Shown: positions 50,291 through 63,699 of the stretch, in pieces
Numbering within the stretch: position 1 is the first letter of the stretch
How the letters are laid out: each line of letters starts with the position of its first letter
Source of the DNA: Macrostomum lignano
Taxonomy: Eukaryota
Length of the DNA stretch: 64,000 bases
Assembly (NCBI GenBank): GCA_002269645.1
Contig: NIVC01002814.1
Location: 74,441-138,440 of the forward strand
Reading direction: 5' to 3'
Notes under the pieces: generated by a model
What the model was told of the DNA's origin: nothing
What the model saw: the letters and a program-made list of their open reading frames with translations, nothing else
Databases searched by the model: none
Made by a program: the position numbers and the translations under genes

Positions 50291-52559
50291 AATATTTGAA
50301 CCTTCTTATTTTTCTGAGAGGCAAAACTTGCTATGTATTGTAACTAAATAAGATTTCTGGGCTATAATTCATTCTAATTGAGCCAAACTAAATTCTTTTC
50401 TGCAACTTTGCAGTGGTGGTAGCGACCTACTACTAGAAGTAACTTACTTATGCAAATACAAGAAATCTAGAAAACAGTAATGTATTCAAAAAAATCTTAA
50501 ATCTCCTTATTTGCAAGTGTATGTCTAGTCTGCAAGCCATTCTAATAGACAGCATCAAAATCACAACTATTTTCCCCTGAGCCTGGAGTCTTTTTATTTG
50601 AGTGTCAGTGCTTAAATTGGTTCAATCTTCCTACAAATTTGGCAACAAATTTTAACTGTGGAAGATTGGAAGATTTAAATTGGGGAAGAACCCTCAAAGC
50701 CAAAGGGGGTAAGGGGGAGGGCCATCAAAGCCATTGGCAAGGGGGCAAGGCTATCAAAACCAAGGGGGTAGAGGGCAGGGCCCTCAAAGCTACTAGCAGG
50801 GCTTTTATAATAATTATCATTGAGTTTATGAAGCATTTATGATAGTCTTCTATATATCACTATATATATCATTAAAACAAATAAATTTTCAATCTAGAAA
50901 TAAATGCATTAAAATTTATATTATATCATACTCACAAAGTCTTATACTAGTTATAATACTATTTAGACAATTAAAAATTATTACATTATTTAAATTTGGC
51001 TATTCTTTGGCTAGCCAAAAAGTTAGTAGCTCATAATTTAATTTCATTGGCATGAAATAAATGTTATTGGGCCAAATGTATTGACCTTGAATTTTTAAAA
51101 AATTAAAATTAAAAAATTAAAAAATTAAAATTTTTTTAAAACTTCAAGTATACCAGGTAGAATCAAGCTAGAGCCTCAGCCTACTAAACTAAACAAGATA
51201 TCATTATAAAACAATCCTTAATCCAAACACCCAATTCATATTTCTTAGAAAATATGTTTGTCACATAGAGACTGAGATAAAACCAGTTTAAAACATATAA
51301 TTAAGCTTAATAAGGCTATAAAGATCAGTTGTTGCCAGTATTTTCACTGCCAGCTAATCAGCTTAAGACCTTTTAAGTTATGATTAAAATACAAAAGGTA
51401 TGAACTAATGAACTGCACTTTTTCATTGCCATTTTAATTGGATAGGATGTAATTTCTACAAGTATGCCATATGGGGTTTGCAAATTGTAAATGGATACAA
51501 TCAGATATAAAAAGTAATATCATGACATAATTCAATAGTGTTCTTAAGAAAACAAACATTTTATTCGAAACAAAACGGCCCAGTTGCAGGTCCTAATTAC
51601 GTCAACACAAATCAGTCGAATCTTTATTGTTTCTGTCAGACTGTCAGCCAGCAGGTACGATATAAATTGGATCTCACGTTTTGTGATGTTAAATTTTTTC
51701 AAACTTAATTACATCCAAATAAATTGTAGTATAAATAATGCTTCAAAGCATTATTAAAGTTTTATAAACCACTTCAAGCTACATGATTTTGGATTTTTTC
51801 TGTTCTGGATTTCGCCAAAAAAGAAAGAGTTTGTTATTTTAACTCTTTTGAAAATTAATCGTACAACTAGCGAATTTCAAAGAAGCTAAAAATTCAAACT
51901 AAAAATTCGATCCATCGACGTCCGTCCGGGCTCGACGCATTGGCGCATAATAAATTTATTCTAACCCATGGGCCACATCATATAGAAGCGATTTCAGAGG
52001 CAAAAACTTTAAGAACTTTGAGTTTTTTATTTTTGAGGACCACAACAATTTTCTCTTGTTCTAAAAATAGATATTTGATTATAATCAGAAAACGCGATGA
52101 CTACATGTATAGAATTTAATGGGAAACACTGTAATTAATCATCGATCAAACGTCTATTATTTTCCAATTCTAATGGCTTATAGCTTCACGTCTGACTAGA
52201 GCTGCAACAAATACGGAAATTGCGCGCGCATTTGCATAAACTGATGTGGCCTGTCAGAATGGTTCTTAGGTCTAAATACGAAATTCCGAACCGACATTTC
52301 GCAATTATTCGCAATTATTTGATGTCAACTTCAACAAGTGAAAGCCCGCATATACTGTAATTCTATTACTGAAAAAATATGTAGCTTGAAATGGTCTTTG
52401 ATCTTTGAGAGTATTTTTTCAAAACTGCAACGAAAAATATATAGATCTGCTTGTATTTATATCCATATATTTAATTTCCGATTTATTTTTGGTACAGCTC
52501 GAGTGTCACTTGTCAATTTAATTATATATTTATTGGAAGTCACTCCCTGAATAGCTACA

Positions 52560-53265
52560 GCTAACTTCGAGCTACCCCGCTCAATCACCTCACTATCTAC
52601 CATTCCTCCCTTCAACGTACATGTGCAGTACAATACTACTAGCTACCCTACTTGCCTCAATTAGCTACTCTAGCTAGCTACCCTAATTCCCTTCATAGCT
52701 ACCCTTACTTCCCTTCACTAGCTACCCTGATTTCCTTCATAGCTACCCTACTTCCCTTCACTAGCTACCCTAATTCCATTCACTAGCTACCCTATATCCC
52801 TTCATAGCTACCCTACTTCTCTTCACTAGCTACCCTAATTCCCTTCACTAGCTACCCTACTTCCCTTCACTAGCTACCCTAATTTCCTTCATAGCTACCC
52901 TTACTTCCCTTCACTAGCTACCCTAATTCCCTTCACTAGCTACCCTTACTTACCTTCACTAGCTACCCTAATTTCCTTCATAGCTACCCTTACTTCCCTT
53001 CACTAGCTACCCTAATTCCATTCACTAGCTACCCTATATCCCTTCATAGCTACCCTACTTCTCTTCACTAGCTACCCTAATTCCCTTCACTAGCTACCCT
53101 ACTTCCCTTCACTAGCTACCCTACTTCCCTTCACTAGCTACCCTACTTCCCTTCACTAGCTACCCCACTTCCCTTCACTAGCTACCCTACTTCCCTTCAC
53201 TAGCTACCCTACTTCCCTTCACTAGCTACCCTACTTCCCTTCACTACTACCCTGCCTTCAGCCTC
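52560..53265. repeat. 22-bp minisatellite
   Basis: CTAGCTACCCTACTTCCCTTCA variants. Confidence 0.95.
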
Positions 53266-54084
53266 CCTATCACCGTTTCATTAAACTAGGCCAAACTGGA
53301 TTCCTATCAAAAAGAACATTTTCAATTTACTGAATAGATTTATCATATTAAATAACATTATCAACAGGCTATATACATGTACATTATAGTGTTCCACAGC
53401 AAGTCAGTCACTCCGGACAAAAAGAAATCGCAATTTTCATCTCGGGCATGCACTGAAAGATTTATTTTCCAAAACTGCATTGAAGGCTCTCTTTCCACTT
53501 CAAGCAACAATTTCTCAGGAATAAGAGATGCAGAAATAAAGATGAGTGTCTAAAAAAAGAAAGCAGAGATAGCATTAGTGCCAGCCTCTACCCAGAAAGA
53601 ATATATTCATATTAAACAGTTGAGGCATTTTCTATATGTTTTACGCCATGTACACGCCCAGCACATGCACTCTAATCTCTTCTATTATTTTGCTTCGCGC
53701 ATAGACAGCAAACAGAACGCGTATAGTATTTTGTTACAATGCACAAAAAATTGTAACAAAAAATTTCTGCTCTGGGCGGCTTTCGGGGTGAATGGTATAC
53801 GGGGCATAAATCTCTCAAGAAAGAAAATTGATCCAAAGGCATTATCACTAGGCAAGGTGAGCGCGCTCTCTCTCTCACTTTTTCCTTCAGCCTTCAATAA
53901 GATTAATACTAGGGGGGGGGGGGCAGCTCTGCGCTGCTCAAAGGGGTTGGGCTGAAATGAGTTGGCAATCATTTCGACAGCACTGGGGCAGCGATTTACC
54001 AGTCATAAATCTACTGACGTTTATCAAACTGATTCCACTGAAAATTTATCTTTTTCTAATGCCCCCATTATTACTCTAAACTTA

Positions 54085-55365
54085 TATCTCTCCCTGCTTT
54101 TCTCCTTGCTTTCACTCCCTGCTTCTCACCCAACTTCTCTCTCTGCTTCTCTCCCTGCTTTTCTCCTTGCTTTCACTCCCTGCTTCTCTCCCTGCTTTTC
54201 TCCTTGCTTTCACTCCCTGCTTCTCACCCAACTTCTCTCTCTGCTTCTCTCCCTGCTTTTCTCCTTGCTTTCACTCCCTGCTTCTCTCCCTGCTTTTCTC
54301 CCTGCTTTTCTCCTTTCTTCTCTCCCTGCTTCTCTCCCTGCTTCTCACTCTGCTTCTCTCTCCCTGCTTTTCTCCTTGCTTTCACTCCCTGCTTCTCACC
54401 CAACTTCTCTCCCTGCTTTTCTCCTTGCTTTCACTCCCTGCTTCTCACCCAACTTCTCTCCCTGCTTCTCTCCCTGCTTCTCTCTCCCTGCTTTTCTCCT
54501 TTCTTCTCCCCCTGCTTTTCTCCTTGCTTTTCTCCCTGCTTCTCTCCCTGCTTCTCTCTCCCTGCTTTTCTCCTTGCTTTCACTCCCTGCTTCTCTCCCT
54601 GCTTTTCTCCCTGCTTCTCTCCCTGCTTCTCTCTCCCTGCTTTTCTCCTTGCTTTCACTCCCTGCTTCTCTCCCTGCTTTTCTCCCTGCTTCTCTCCCTG
54701 CTTTTCTCCCTGCTTCTCTCCCTGCTTTTCTCCCTGCTTCTCACCCTGCTTCTCTCCCTGCTTTTCTCCTTGCTTCTCTCCCTGCTTTTCTCCTTGCTTC
54801 TCTCCCTGCTTCTCACCCTGCTTCTCTCCCTGCTTTTCTCCTTGCTTCTCTCCCTGCTTTTCTCCTTGCTTCTCTCCCTGCTTTTCTCCTTGCTTCTCTC
54901 CCTGCTTTTCTCCTTGCTTCTCTCCCTGCTTCTCTCCCTACTTCTCTCCCTGCTTCTCACCCTGATTCTCTCCCTGCTTTTCTCCTTGCTTCTCTCCCTG
55001 CTTTTCTCCTTGCTTCTCTCTCTGCTTCTCACCCTGCTTCTTTCCCTGCTTCTCTCCCTACTCTCTCTCTGCTTCTCTCTCCCTGCTTCTCTCCCTGCTT
55101 TTCTCCTTGCTTTCACTCCCTGCTACTCTCCCTGCTTCTCTCCCTGCTTCTCTCCCTGCTTCTCTCCCTGCTTCTCACCCTGCTTCTCTCCCTGCTTTTC
55201 TCCTTGCTTCTCTCCCTGCTTCTCTCCTTGCTTCTCACCCTGCTTCTCTCCCTGCTTCTCACCCTGCTTTTCTCCTTTTTTCTCTCCCTGCTTCTCACTC
55301 TGCTTCTCTCCCTGCTTCTCTTCCTGCTTTTCTCCTTGCTTCTCTCCCTGCTTCTCTGCCTATCA
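54085..55365. repeat. 12-bp-based CT-rich satellite
   Basis: CTCCCTGCTTCT variants. Confidence 0.95.
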
Positions 55366-56139
55366 CCTAATCTCTGAAACACACTTTGCACTACAAGGAA
55401 GTATAGTTAATACCTTACTTCACTCTGGAAGCCATAAAAAGTAATGAAATTTAAACAAATCCGACCGCACCAGTTCAAATTTCCTGCTCAGGTGGGCTCA
55501 CTCTCACGTAGAATGCTAATAATCCCAAACCAGAGCACACTCACACGCTAAAATATTCTGGACAAAAATCAGTCTCGAGTGAAAATTTCATATTCTATTG
55601 AAGCAACACATTGGCCTCTCCCTGCCCCGAAAACTGCAAAGTCTAGATCCCAGCGGTGTACAGTCACAATGTACATTCAATCCACCCCTTTCTGGGCGGG
55701 TAGGCTACGCCCATTTCCCCGATAATCTCCTCTCCAACTCCTCTTTCCCCAAATCCAACCCCTCAGTAGTAGGGATTATTAGTGCAATGCTAGTGGCCAT
55801 GGAGCTAACAGGCTATAAGGACTTCTAAAATTAGATACCTGGATTGGAGGGGCGTCATAGCACACGATGAGTTTAAATGTCTGCTTTGAAGCATGTCTGT
55901 CTACAGGCGATCTTGAAGAATGCTGAATGCTGCGACTTGAGAATCGCTTTGACAAACTTTTGTTTCTTGGTAAACTAGCTAGCGATCTTGCCTCCTTTCT
56001 CTTGAACTCCAATACATATAGTGCCTCGGGTCGAACAAACCTATGAGTTCATCGACCTCGAATATCCAAAAACTTCTGGCATTTTAGACCTGTTACGTGC
56101 TACTGCCTTAGATTTGAGTAAGAGACACTGCGTTTTTTT

Positions 56140-56790
56140 CTACCTGCTTCTCTCACTTATTCTCTCCCTGCTTCTCTCACTTATTCTCTCCCTGCTTCTC
56201 TCACTTATTTTCTCCCTGCTTCTCTCACTTATTCTCTCCCTGCTTCTCTCACTTATTTTCTCCCTGCTTCTCTCACTTATTCTCTCCCTGCTTCTCTCAC
56301 TTATTTTCTCCCTGCTTCTCTCACTTATTCTCTCCCTGCTTCTCTCACTTATTCTCTCCCTGCTTCTCTCACTTATTATCTCCCTGCTTCTCTCCCTGCT
56401 TCTCTCTCTCTGCTTTTCTCCCTGCTTCCCTCCCTGCTTCTCTCTTCCTGCTTCTCTCGCCCTGCTTCTCTCTCCCTGCTTCTCTTTCCCTGCTTCTCTC
56501 TCTGCTTCTCTCCCTGCTTCTCTCCCTGCTTCTCTCTCCCTGCTTCTCTCTCCCTGCTTCTCTTTCCCTGCTTCTCTCCCTGCTTCTCTCCCTGCTTCTC
56601 TCCCTGCTTCTCTCTCCCTGCTTCTCTCTCCCTGCTTCTCTTTCCCTGCTTCTCTCTCTGCTTCTCTCCCTGCTTCTCTCCCTGCTTCTCTCTCCCTGCT
56701 TCTCTCTCCCTGCTTCTCTCTCCCTGCTTCTCTCTCCCTGCTTCTCTCTCTGCTTTTCTCCCAGCTTCTCTCCCTGTTTCTCTCACTGCT
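56140..56790. repeat. Second CTCCCTGCTTCT-family array (24-bp then 12-bp units)
   Basis: Same core as 54085-55365. Confidence 0.93.
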
Positions 56791-56875
56791 TCTCGATCCC
56801 TTGCTTCTTTTCTCGTTGATGTCACAGCAATCCAGTTGCTATTATTTTAGTGGTTCGTTTCTATGCTGCATTGGC

Positions 56876-57010
<135 letters not shown>

Positions 57011-57466
57011 TCAGAGGGGATTGAGGTTCTGGTTCCAGTTAGAACAGCAGCGGGTCAGAGAGGCATTGGATGGGGAGAGGGAAGGAGAAGGCGAGACGGA
57101 CGGAATTCCTGCAAGCCTGCACACACAGGCGGCGCAGCACAGTATTATTGCACATGTACATCTATCCTCGGGCTGGCGTGCCCTCCCGGTCTCAGTGTCT
57201 GCCTGTTCAATATAGAGCAAGAGTTCTTTCCCTCTCTTTAGTTAGCTTATATAGTTGAGCCGGCTGTTTGATTGAACCGCCAGAAAAGTTTTTCTTTAAT
57301 CTCCCCCACTCTTAAATAGCTGTCTTCCCAACTTCAGTTTAACCACAATGACAATGGTTGGTTTGTTATAACCAATTTATAAACTCTGATAAACATTTTT
57401 ACTCGCTTGTTGTCCGAAAATGAACGAGGTCGGTTTTTGCTTCTTCTAAAAGTCAGCTGAAGCCAC

Positions 57467-57604
57467 ATGCAGCAGCAGCAGCAGCAGCAAGGCTCATCCG
57501 CCGTGGCTGCGGCGGCTGCGGCGGCCGTGAGCGCTTACGATTTTCCAATTGACCGTCTGCTGCACCGGTCCGGAGATTACTCGGTGGTACCCATCCGACT
57601 GCCG
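57467..57604 (+). CDS. Putative first coding exon of an unknown polyQ/polyA protein
   Basis: ATG 10 nt after an acceptor-like TCAG with in-frame stop upstream; MQQQQQQQGSSAVAAAAAAAVSAYDFPIDRLLHRSGDYSVVPIRLP; strong donor CCG|GTGAGT followed by a satellite-filled intron. Confidence 0.55.
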
Positions 57605-57629
57605 GTGAGTGCTGATCAGCTTCTGAGCC

Positions 57630-58080
57630 TGGCCTTCCGCCCTTCCGTCCGCCCTCCCTCCGCCCGATTTCAGCCCTCCTTCTGCCCTCCTTCCGCCCTC
57701 CTTCAGCCCGCTTTTCACCCTCCTTCTTCTCTTCCATTTCGCAATTCTTCCGCTCTTCCCTTATGCCCTCGTTCCGCTCTTCCCTTCCGCTCTCCTTCCG
57801 CCCGCTTTCCGCCCTTCTTCCGCTCTTCCCTTCCCCCCTCCTTCCGCCCGCTTTCCGCTCTTCCCTTCCGCCCTCCTTCCGCTCTCTTTCCACCCTCCTC
57901 CCGCCCTCCTTCCGCCCTCCTTCCGCCCTCCTTCCGCCCTCCTTCCGCCCTCCTTCCGCCCTCCTTCCGCCCTCCTTCCGCCCCCTTCCGCCCTCCTTCC
58001 GCCCCCTTCCGCCCTCTTTCCGCCCTCCTTCCGCCCTCCTTCCGCCCTCCTTCCGCTTTCTTCCGCCCTCCTTCCGCCCT
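57630..58080. repeat. 11-bp-based CCTTCCGCCCT satellite
   Basis: Direct observation. Confidence 0.93.
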
Positions 58081-58479
58081 TCTCGCACATGTACAGAACC
58101 GCAGCTCCGTCCATTCTAATCCATAATCTAGAAAACAGAGCAAATTTTATTCAGTCGTAAAATCAATTGAAAGCTCAACAAAGTCGATTGAAGGAGAAAA
58201 ATCGACCAGAGAGAACAGCTGAAGGGGAGTCAGAAAAAGCTGTTGCCTTCGTTGGAATTTAATTGTTGGATGTACTTCTACGGTCGAATAGAGCTCCGGA
58301 ATTTATAAATATTTGAAGAAGGATGACCAAAACTCTACTCAAAGACTAACTAAAATTTGAGGAACCAAGAGCGATTAAATGGATTATACTTAACTCAGTT
58401 TTACGTTAAAGAGAATATTGGTCAAAAGGAGTAGAGACAAGACAAGACAGAAGATTTGAGACGGCGCATAGAAATTAGA

Positions 58480-58830
58480 TAGAGGAGAGGTTAGATGAGA
58501 CATTAGATTGAGGAGAGATTAGATCGAGTGTAGAGATTAGATAGAGGAGAGATATTTGATTGAGAATAGAGATTAGATAGAAGAGAGAGATTAGATAGAG
58601 GAGAGAGATTAGATAGAGGAGAGAGATTAGATAGAGGAGAGAGATTAGATAGAGGAGAGAGATTAGATAGAGGAGAGAGATTAGATAGAGGAGAGAGATT
58701 AGATAGAGGAGAGAGATTAGATAGAGGAGAGAGATTAGATAGAGGAGAGAGATTAGATAGAGGAGAGAGATTAGATATAGGAGAGATATGATAGAGGAGA
58801 GGGAGATTAGATAGCGAAGACAGAGATTAG
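58480..58830. repeat. 18-bp minisatellite
   Basis: GAGAGATTAGATAGAGGA. Confidence 0.95.
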
Positions 58831-59310
58831 ATAGAGTAAAGAGCGGTGAGACACGTGCAAGAGAAACTCGAACGCTGAAAAATGAAGTAAATTTAAATTC
58901 TGAAAATAAGCAAGTCATCAGTTCGAATTCGTCACTCGCTACTAACAGTAACGCACGTCGAGAAATTGTTCAAAACTATTAGGAGAAGCTGTATTTAAAA
59001 AGGACCAATGCTCACATTACTTTATTCACGATTATTAACAATTGGTTGATAAAAACAAATAAAAATTCGAACAATACTAGCAGACAAACTACTAATAGTA
59101 GAAGCTTGAAGCGTAATTAAGAATTAAGTTTTCAAAGCAAAACATTTATGAAATTAAACCATATTGATTAAAAATTAATAAAACTGGGTTGTGGGTTAGG
59201 AAGATTAGAGCAACTTTAAAAGTGATTTGCACTCGTACTCGTATAAGTTTGTCAGTAAGGCCCTTGAAACCATCAACGGGTTCAGTCGATTTCGATTTGA
59301 ACTTCGAAGT

Positions 59311-59508
59311 TCAGTTGGTGGCGGCTGCGGCGGCGGCCTCAGCTTTCTCCTGAGCGATCTGCTCAGCATCCGGGAGGCGGCAGCGCTCCTGCACCTCCAC
59401 GTGTTTGAGCTGCCGATCAGAGCTGCTCTCGATCTCCTGACGGAGGCTGGCCTCGCGCTTCTCCGACTCGACCTGCTCGCGGTCGGGCAGAACCACTTTC
59501 TCGGCCAC
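59311..59508 (-). CDS. Multi-repeat beta-thymosin/WH2 actin-binding protein, exon 2
   Basis: Acceptor GCCAG|; EKVVLPDREQVESEK and LKHVEVQERCRLPDAEQIAQEK are beta-thymosin repeats. Confidence 0.88.
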   Translation of the reverse strand: MAEKVVLPDREQVESEKREASLRQEIESSSDRQLKHVEVQERCRLPDAEQIAQEKAEAAAAAATN

Positions 59509-59534
59509 CTGGCATGGCAGAAATGCGAGGCATA

Positions 59535-60475
59535 TTAGGAGTGCCATTTTGTATAATAGGAGTGCCATTTTGTATAATAGGAGTGCCATTTTGTATAATA
59601 GGAGTGCCATTTTGTATAATAGGAGTGCCATTTTGTATAATACGAGTGCCATTTTGTGGATAATAGGAGTGCCATTTTGTGGATAATAGGAGTGCCATTT
59701 TGTGGATAATAGGATGATACGAGTGCCATTTTGTGGATAATAGGAGTGCCATTTTATGGATAATAGGATGATACGAGTGCCATTTTGTGTATAATAGGAT
59801 GATACGAGTGCCATTTTGTATAATACGAGTGCCATTTTGTGGATAATAGGAGTGCCATTTTGTGGATAATAGGAGTGCCATTTTGTGGATAATAGGATGA
59901 TACGAGTGCCATTTTGTGGATAATAGGAGTGCCATTTTATGGATAATAGGATGATACGAGTGCCATTTTGTGTATAATAGGATGATACGAGTGCCATTTT
60001 GTGGATAATAGGAGTGCCATTTTGTGTATAATAGGATGATACGAGTGCCATTTTGTGGATATTAGGAGTGCCATTTTGTGTATAATAGGATGATACGAGT
60101 GCCATTTTGTGGATAATAGGAGTGCCATTTTGTGTATAATAGGATGATACGAGTGCCATTTTGTGTATAATAGGATGATACGAGTGCCATTTTGTGGATA
60201 ATAGGAGTGCCATTTTGTGTATAATAGGATGATACGAGTGCCATTTTGTGGATAATAGGAGTGCCATTTTGTGTATAATAGGATGATACGAGTGCCATTT
60301 TGTGTATAATAGGATGATACGAGTGCCATTTTGTGGATAATAGGAGTGCCATTTTGTGTATAATAGGATGATACGAGTGCCATTTTGTGTATAATAGGAT
60401 GATACGAGTGCCATTTTGTGTATAATAGGATGATACGAGTGCCATTTTGTGGATAATAGGAGTGCCATTTTGAGG
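59535..60475. repeat. 21-33-bp variant minisatellite in the thymosin intron
   Basis: AGGAGTGCCATTTTGT(GG)ATAAT with ATGATAC insertions. Confidence 0.96.
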
Positions 60476-60630
60476 GTGATAGGAAGGTCATTCTTAATTC
60501 TATAGGGAAAAAGTGAATGTCTTGAGTAAGGAGAACCCGGTACATTTGCCATTTGTATGCCATTTTTGCAAAGGAGTCGCCATTTGTCTATGGCGGATAT
60601 TTTATAATTCATAAAGAGCCAAGAACTCAC

Positions 60631-60699
60631 CTCAACGTGGTTCATCTGTTCGCGTTTAAAAACTCCGATATCCGCTAAAACAGCATTGGGATCGGCCAT
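60631..60699 (-). CDS. Multi-repeat beta-thymosin/WH2 protein, exon 1 (88 aa in total)
   Basis: MADPNAVLADIGVFKREQMNHVE resembles the thymosin EI..F....LKHVE helix; donor GAG|GTGAGT, phase 0. Confidence 0.85.
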
Positions 60700-61139
60700 T
60701 GCTAGATCCTGTCTGGAACAAAGAGTCGAGAGCACAGCAGAGCTAAGAATGTCTGGATTCAGGAATTATGTAGATTTATCCCCTTTGTCTCCTATTTATC
60801 CCCTTTCTAGTGCTTCCCTCTGTGGCTGTCCGTACAGCTAGCTGGGCTTTCAAGGACTTCTTGCGTTCAGAATGATTCATCCTGTGATGTGAATCAGCTT
60901 TGAACCGGGGACTGCTGGCTGAACTGACTGAGGGAAGCCCAGTGCGGGGTTTGGGTGGCCTCCCTCCCATGGCATTCCGCGTCTGCGCAGCCAACCGCAG
61001 ATCCGGCAATTCCGTTTCGTTCCCCTCTCGCTTTCATGGACTACGAGCGTATTAAGTGAGGCAACTGGACTGCGGGAGGAAAGCAATGTACAATCAATTA
61101 TACAATACAATATATTAATATTTTATGACCTTCATATAT

Positions 61140-61530
61140 GCAATACCCTCTCTGACCACAGTGACTTTCATATGCAGTACCCTCTCTGACTACAGTGACT
61201 TTCATATGCAGTACTCTCTCTGACCCTAAAATACCCTCTCTGACTCTACAGTCTACAGTAGCCTCTCTGACACCTCAGTAGCCTCTCTGACACCTCAGTA
61301 GCCTCTCTGACACTACAGTAGCCTCTCTGACACTACAGTAGCCTCTCTGACACTACAGTAGCCTCTCTGACACTACAGTAGCCTCTCTGACACTACAGTA
61401 GCCTCTCTGACACCTCAGTAGCCTCTCTGACACCTCAGTAGCCTCTCTGACACCACAGTAGCCTCTCTGACACCACAGTAGCCTCTCTGACACCACAGTA
61501 GCCTCTCTGACACCACAGTAGCCTCTCTGA
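61140..61530. repeat. 20-bp minisatellite
   Basis: GCCTCTCTGACACTACAGTA. Confidence 0.94.
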
Positions 61531-62109
61531 CTAGTAGTGACCTTCAACTAATCCTTGAATTGACAGATCACTGACAGACCACTGGATCTTCTAATCCAAG
61601 ATTCTATATAAAGTTTAACAGTCCATGGAGATGGACCCCCGCCCTGTCATACGGTATTTCTAACCCCCTCTATCCCATCAGCCCCAACCCAAGCAGACCA
61701 AGGACAAGGGGGGCTTGTGGTGAGTGGTGCTGGCTGGGGTGTACGGTGTTCGAGTTGCTGGATTCGCACCCATGGCTGATTCATCCATCAGGCTAAACTT
61801 TCTTCATATTTATTTTGCATATTTTTCTAAGCCCTTGTGAGTCATTCAATACAAGCTTAATCCTTTCTGCGTTTTGGGTTTGGGTTTTGACTTCTGCTGC
61901 TGTTTGGCAAAAAATTAAACAAAACGCATCTGGCTTCAGATTTTGCTGCTTTTAGGTGATCAGTTCTGCTGCCACGAATAAGATTTACAACGTAGTTTTT
62001 AGGCTGTAAAATCTCTTGCTTAATGGCTGAGCTGACTAAAGAATGTAGAAAAAGGTTTTCTCGTGTTTAAATCAACGTTTCGCTTCACAGAAGCAACAGA
62101 ATTTGCAGG

Positions 62110-63440
62110 GAAAAAGTGGGGGAGACAAGAAAAGAGTGGGGTAGACAAGGGAGAGTGGGGGAGACAAGGGAGAGTGGGGGAGACAAGGGAGAGTGGGGGA
62201 GACAAGGGAGAGTGGGGGAGACAAGGGAGAGTGGGGGAGACAAGGGAGAGTGGGGGAGACAAGGGAGAGTGGGGGAGACAAGGGAGAGTGGGGGAGACAA
62301 GGGAAGAGAGTGGGGGAGACAAGGGAGGAGTTGGGGAGACAAGGGAAGAGAGTGGGGGAGACAAGGGAAGAGTGGGGGAGACAACGGAAGAGTGGGGGAG
62401 ACAAGGGAAGAGTGGGGGAGACAAGGGAGGAGTTGGGGAGACAAGGGAAGAGAGTTGGGGAGACAAGGGAAGAGAGTTGGGGAGACAAGTGAAGAGTGGG
62501 GAGACAAGGGAAGAGAGTGGGGAGACAAGGGAAGAGTGGGGAGACAAGGGAAGAGTGGGGGAGACAAGGGAGGAGTTGGGGAGACAAGGGAAGAGAGTTG
62601 GGGAGACAAGGGAGGAGTTGGGGAGACAAGGGAGGAGTTGGGGAGACAAGGGAGGAGTTGGGGAGACAAGGGAAGAGAGTGGGGGAGACAAGGGAGGAGT
62701 TGGGGAGACAAGGGAAGAGAGTGGGGGAGACAAGGGAAGAGTGGGGGAGACAACGGAAGAGTGGGGGAGACAAGGGAAGAGTGGGGGAGACAAGGGAGGA
62801 GTTGGGGAGACAAGGGAAGAGAGTTGGGGAGACAAGGGAAGAGAGTTGGGGAGACAAGTGAAGAGTGGGGAGACAAGGGAAGAGAGTGGGGAGACAAGGG
62901 AAGAGTGGGGAGACAAGGGAAGAGTGGGGGAGACAAGGGAGGAGTTGGGGAGACAAGGGAAGAGAGTTGGGGAGACAAGGGAGGAGTTGGGGAGACAAGG
63001 GAGGAGTTGGGGAGACAAGGGAGGAGTTGGGGAGACAAGGGAAGAGAGTGGGGGAGACAAGGGAGGAGTTGGGGAGACAAGGGAAGAGAGTGGGGGAGAC
63101 AAGGGAGGAGTTGGGGAGACAAGGGAAGAGAGTGGGGGAGACAAGGGAGGAGTTGGGGAGACAAGGAGGAGTTGGGGAGACAAGGGAGGAGTTGGGGAGA
63201 CAAGGGAAGAGAGTGGGGGAGACAAGGGAGGAGTTGGGAGACAAGGGAAGAGAGTGGGGGGAGACAAGGGAGGAGTTGGGGAGACAAGGGAAGAGAGTGG
63301 GGGAGACAAGGGAGGAGTTGGGGAGACAAGGGAAGAGTTGGGGAGACAAGGGAGGAGTTGGGGAGACAAGGGAGGAGTTGGGGAGACAAGGGAAGAGTGG
63401 GGGAGACAAGGGAAGAGCGGCGGAGACAATGAGATAGTGG
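62110..63440. repeat. G/A-rich ~20-bp minisatellite with a 369-bp higher-order duplication
   Basis: GGGAGACAAGGGAAGAGTGG variants; identical blocks at 62496 and 62865. Confidence 0.96.
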
Positions 63441-63699
63441 GGGTAGACGTTTTGCTTCACAAAGCAACAGACTTTGCAGAAAAAAATGTGTAGCCGAAAG
63501 CGCCGGAAGTGTCAGTAAATTTCGAAAATAAGTGTCAGTAAATGTTAAAATAAGTGTCAGTATGTACTTTCCATAACGCGCAAGCTGATATCTATTTAAC
63601 AGACTTCAGATTCCATTTGCATGAGTCATAATCAATACTTAATAGAAGTCCCGAAATAAAAAAATATCAGAGTCCCTGAATCCGATTTTGTTGTCTCTA

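Noticed and set aside
60800-61090. Possible structured ncRNA (RNase MRP-like GTCCCCGG) upstream of thymosin
   Set aside because: Lacks the GAAAG context and other conserved regions; more likely promoter or UTR sequence
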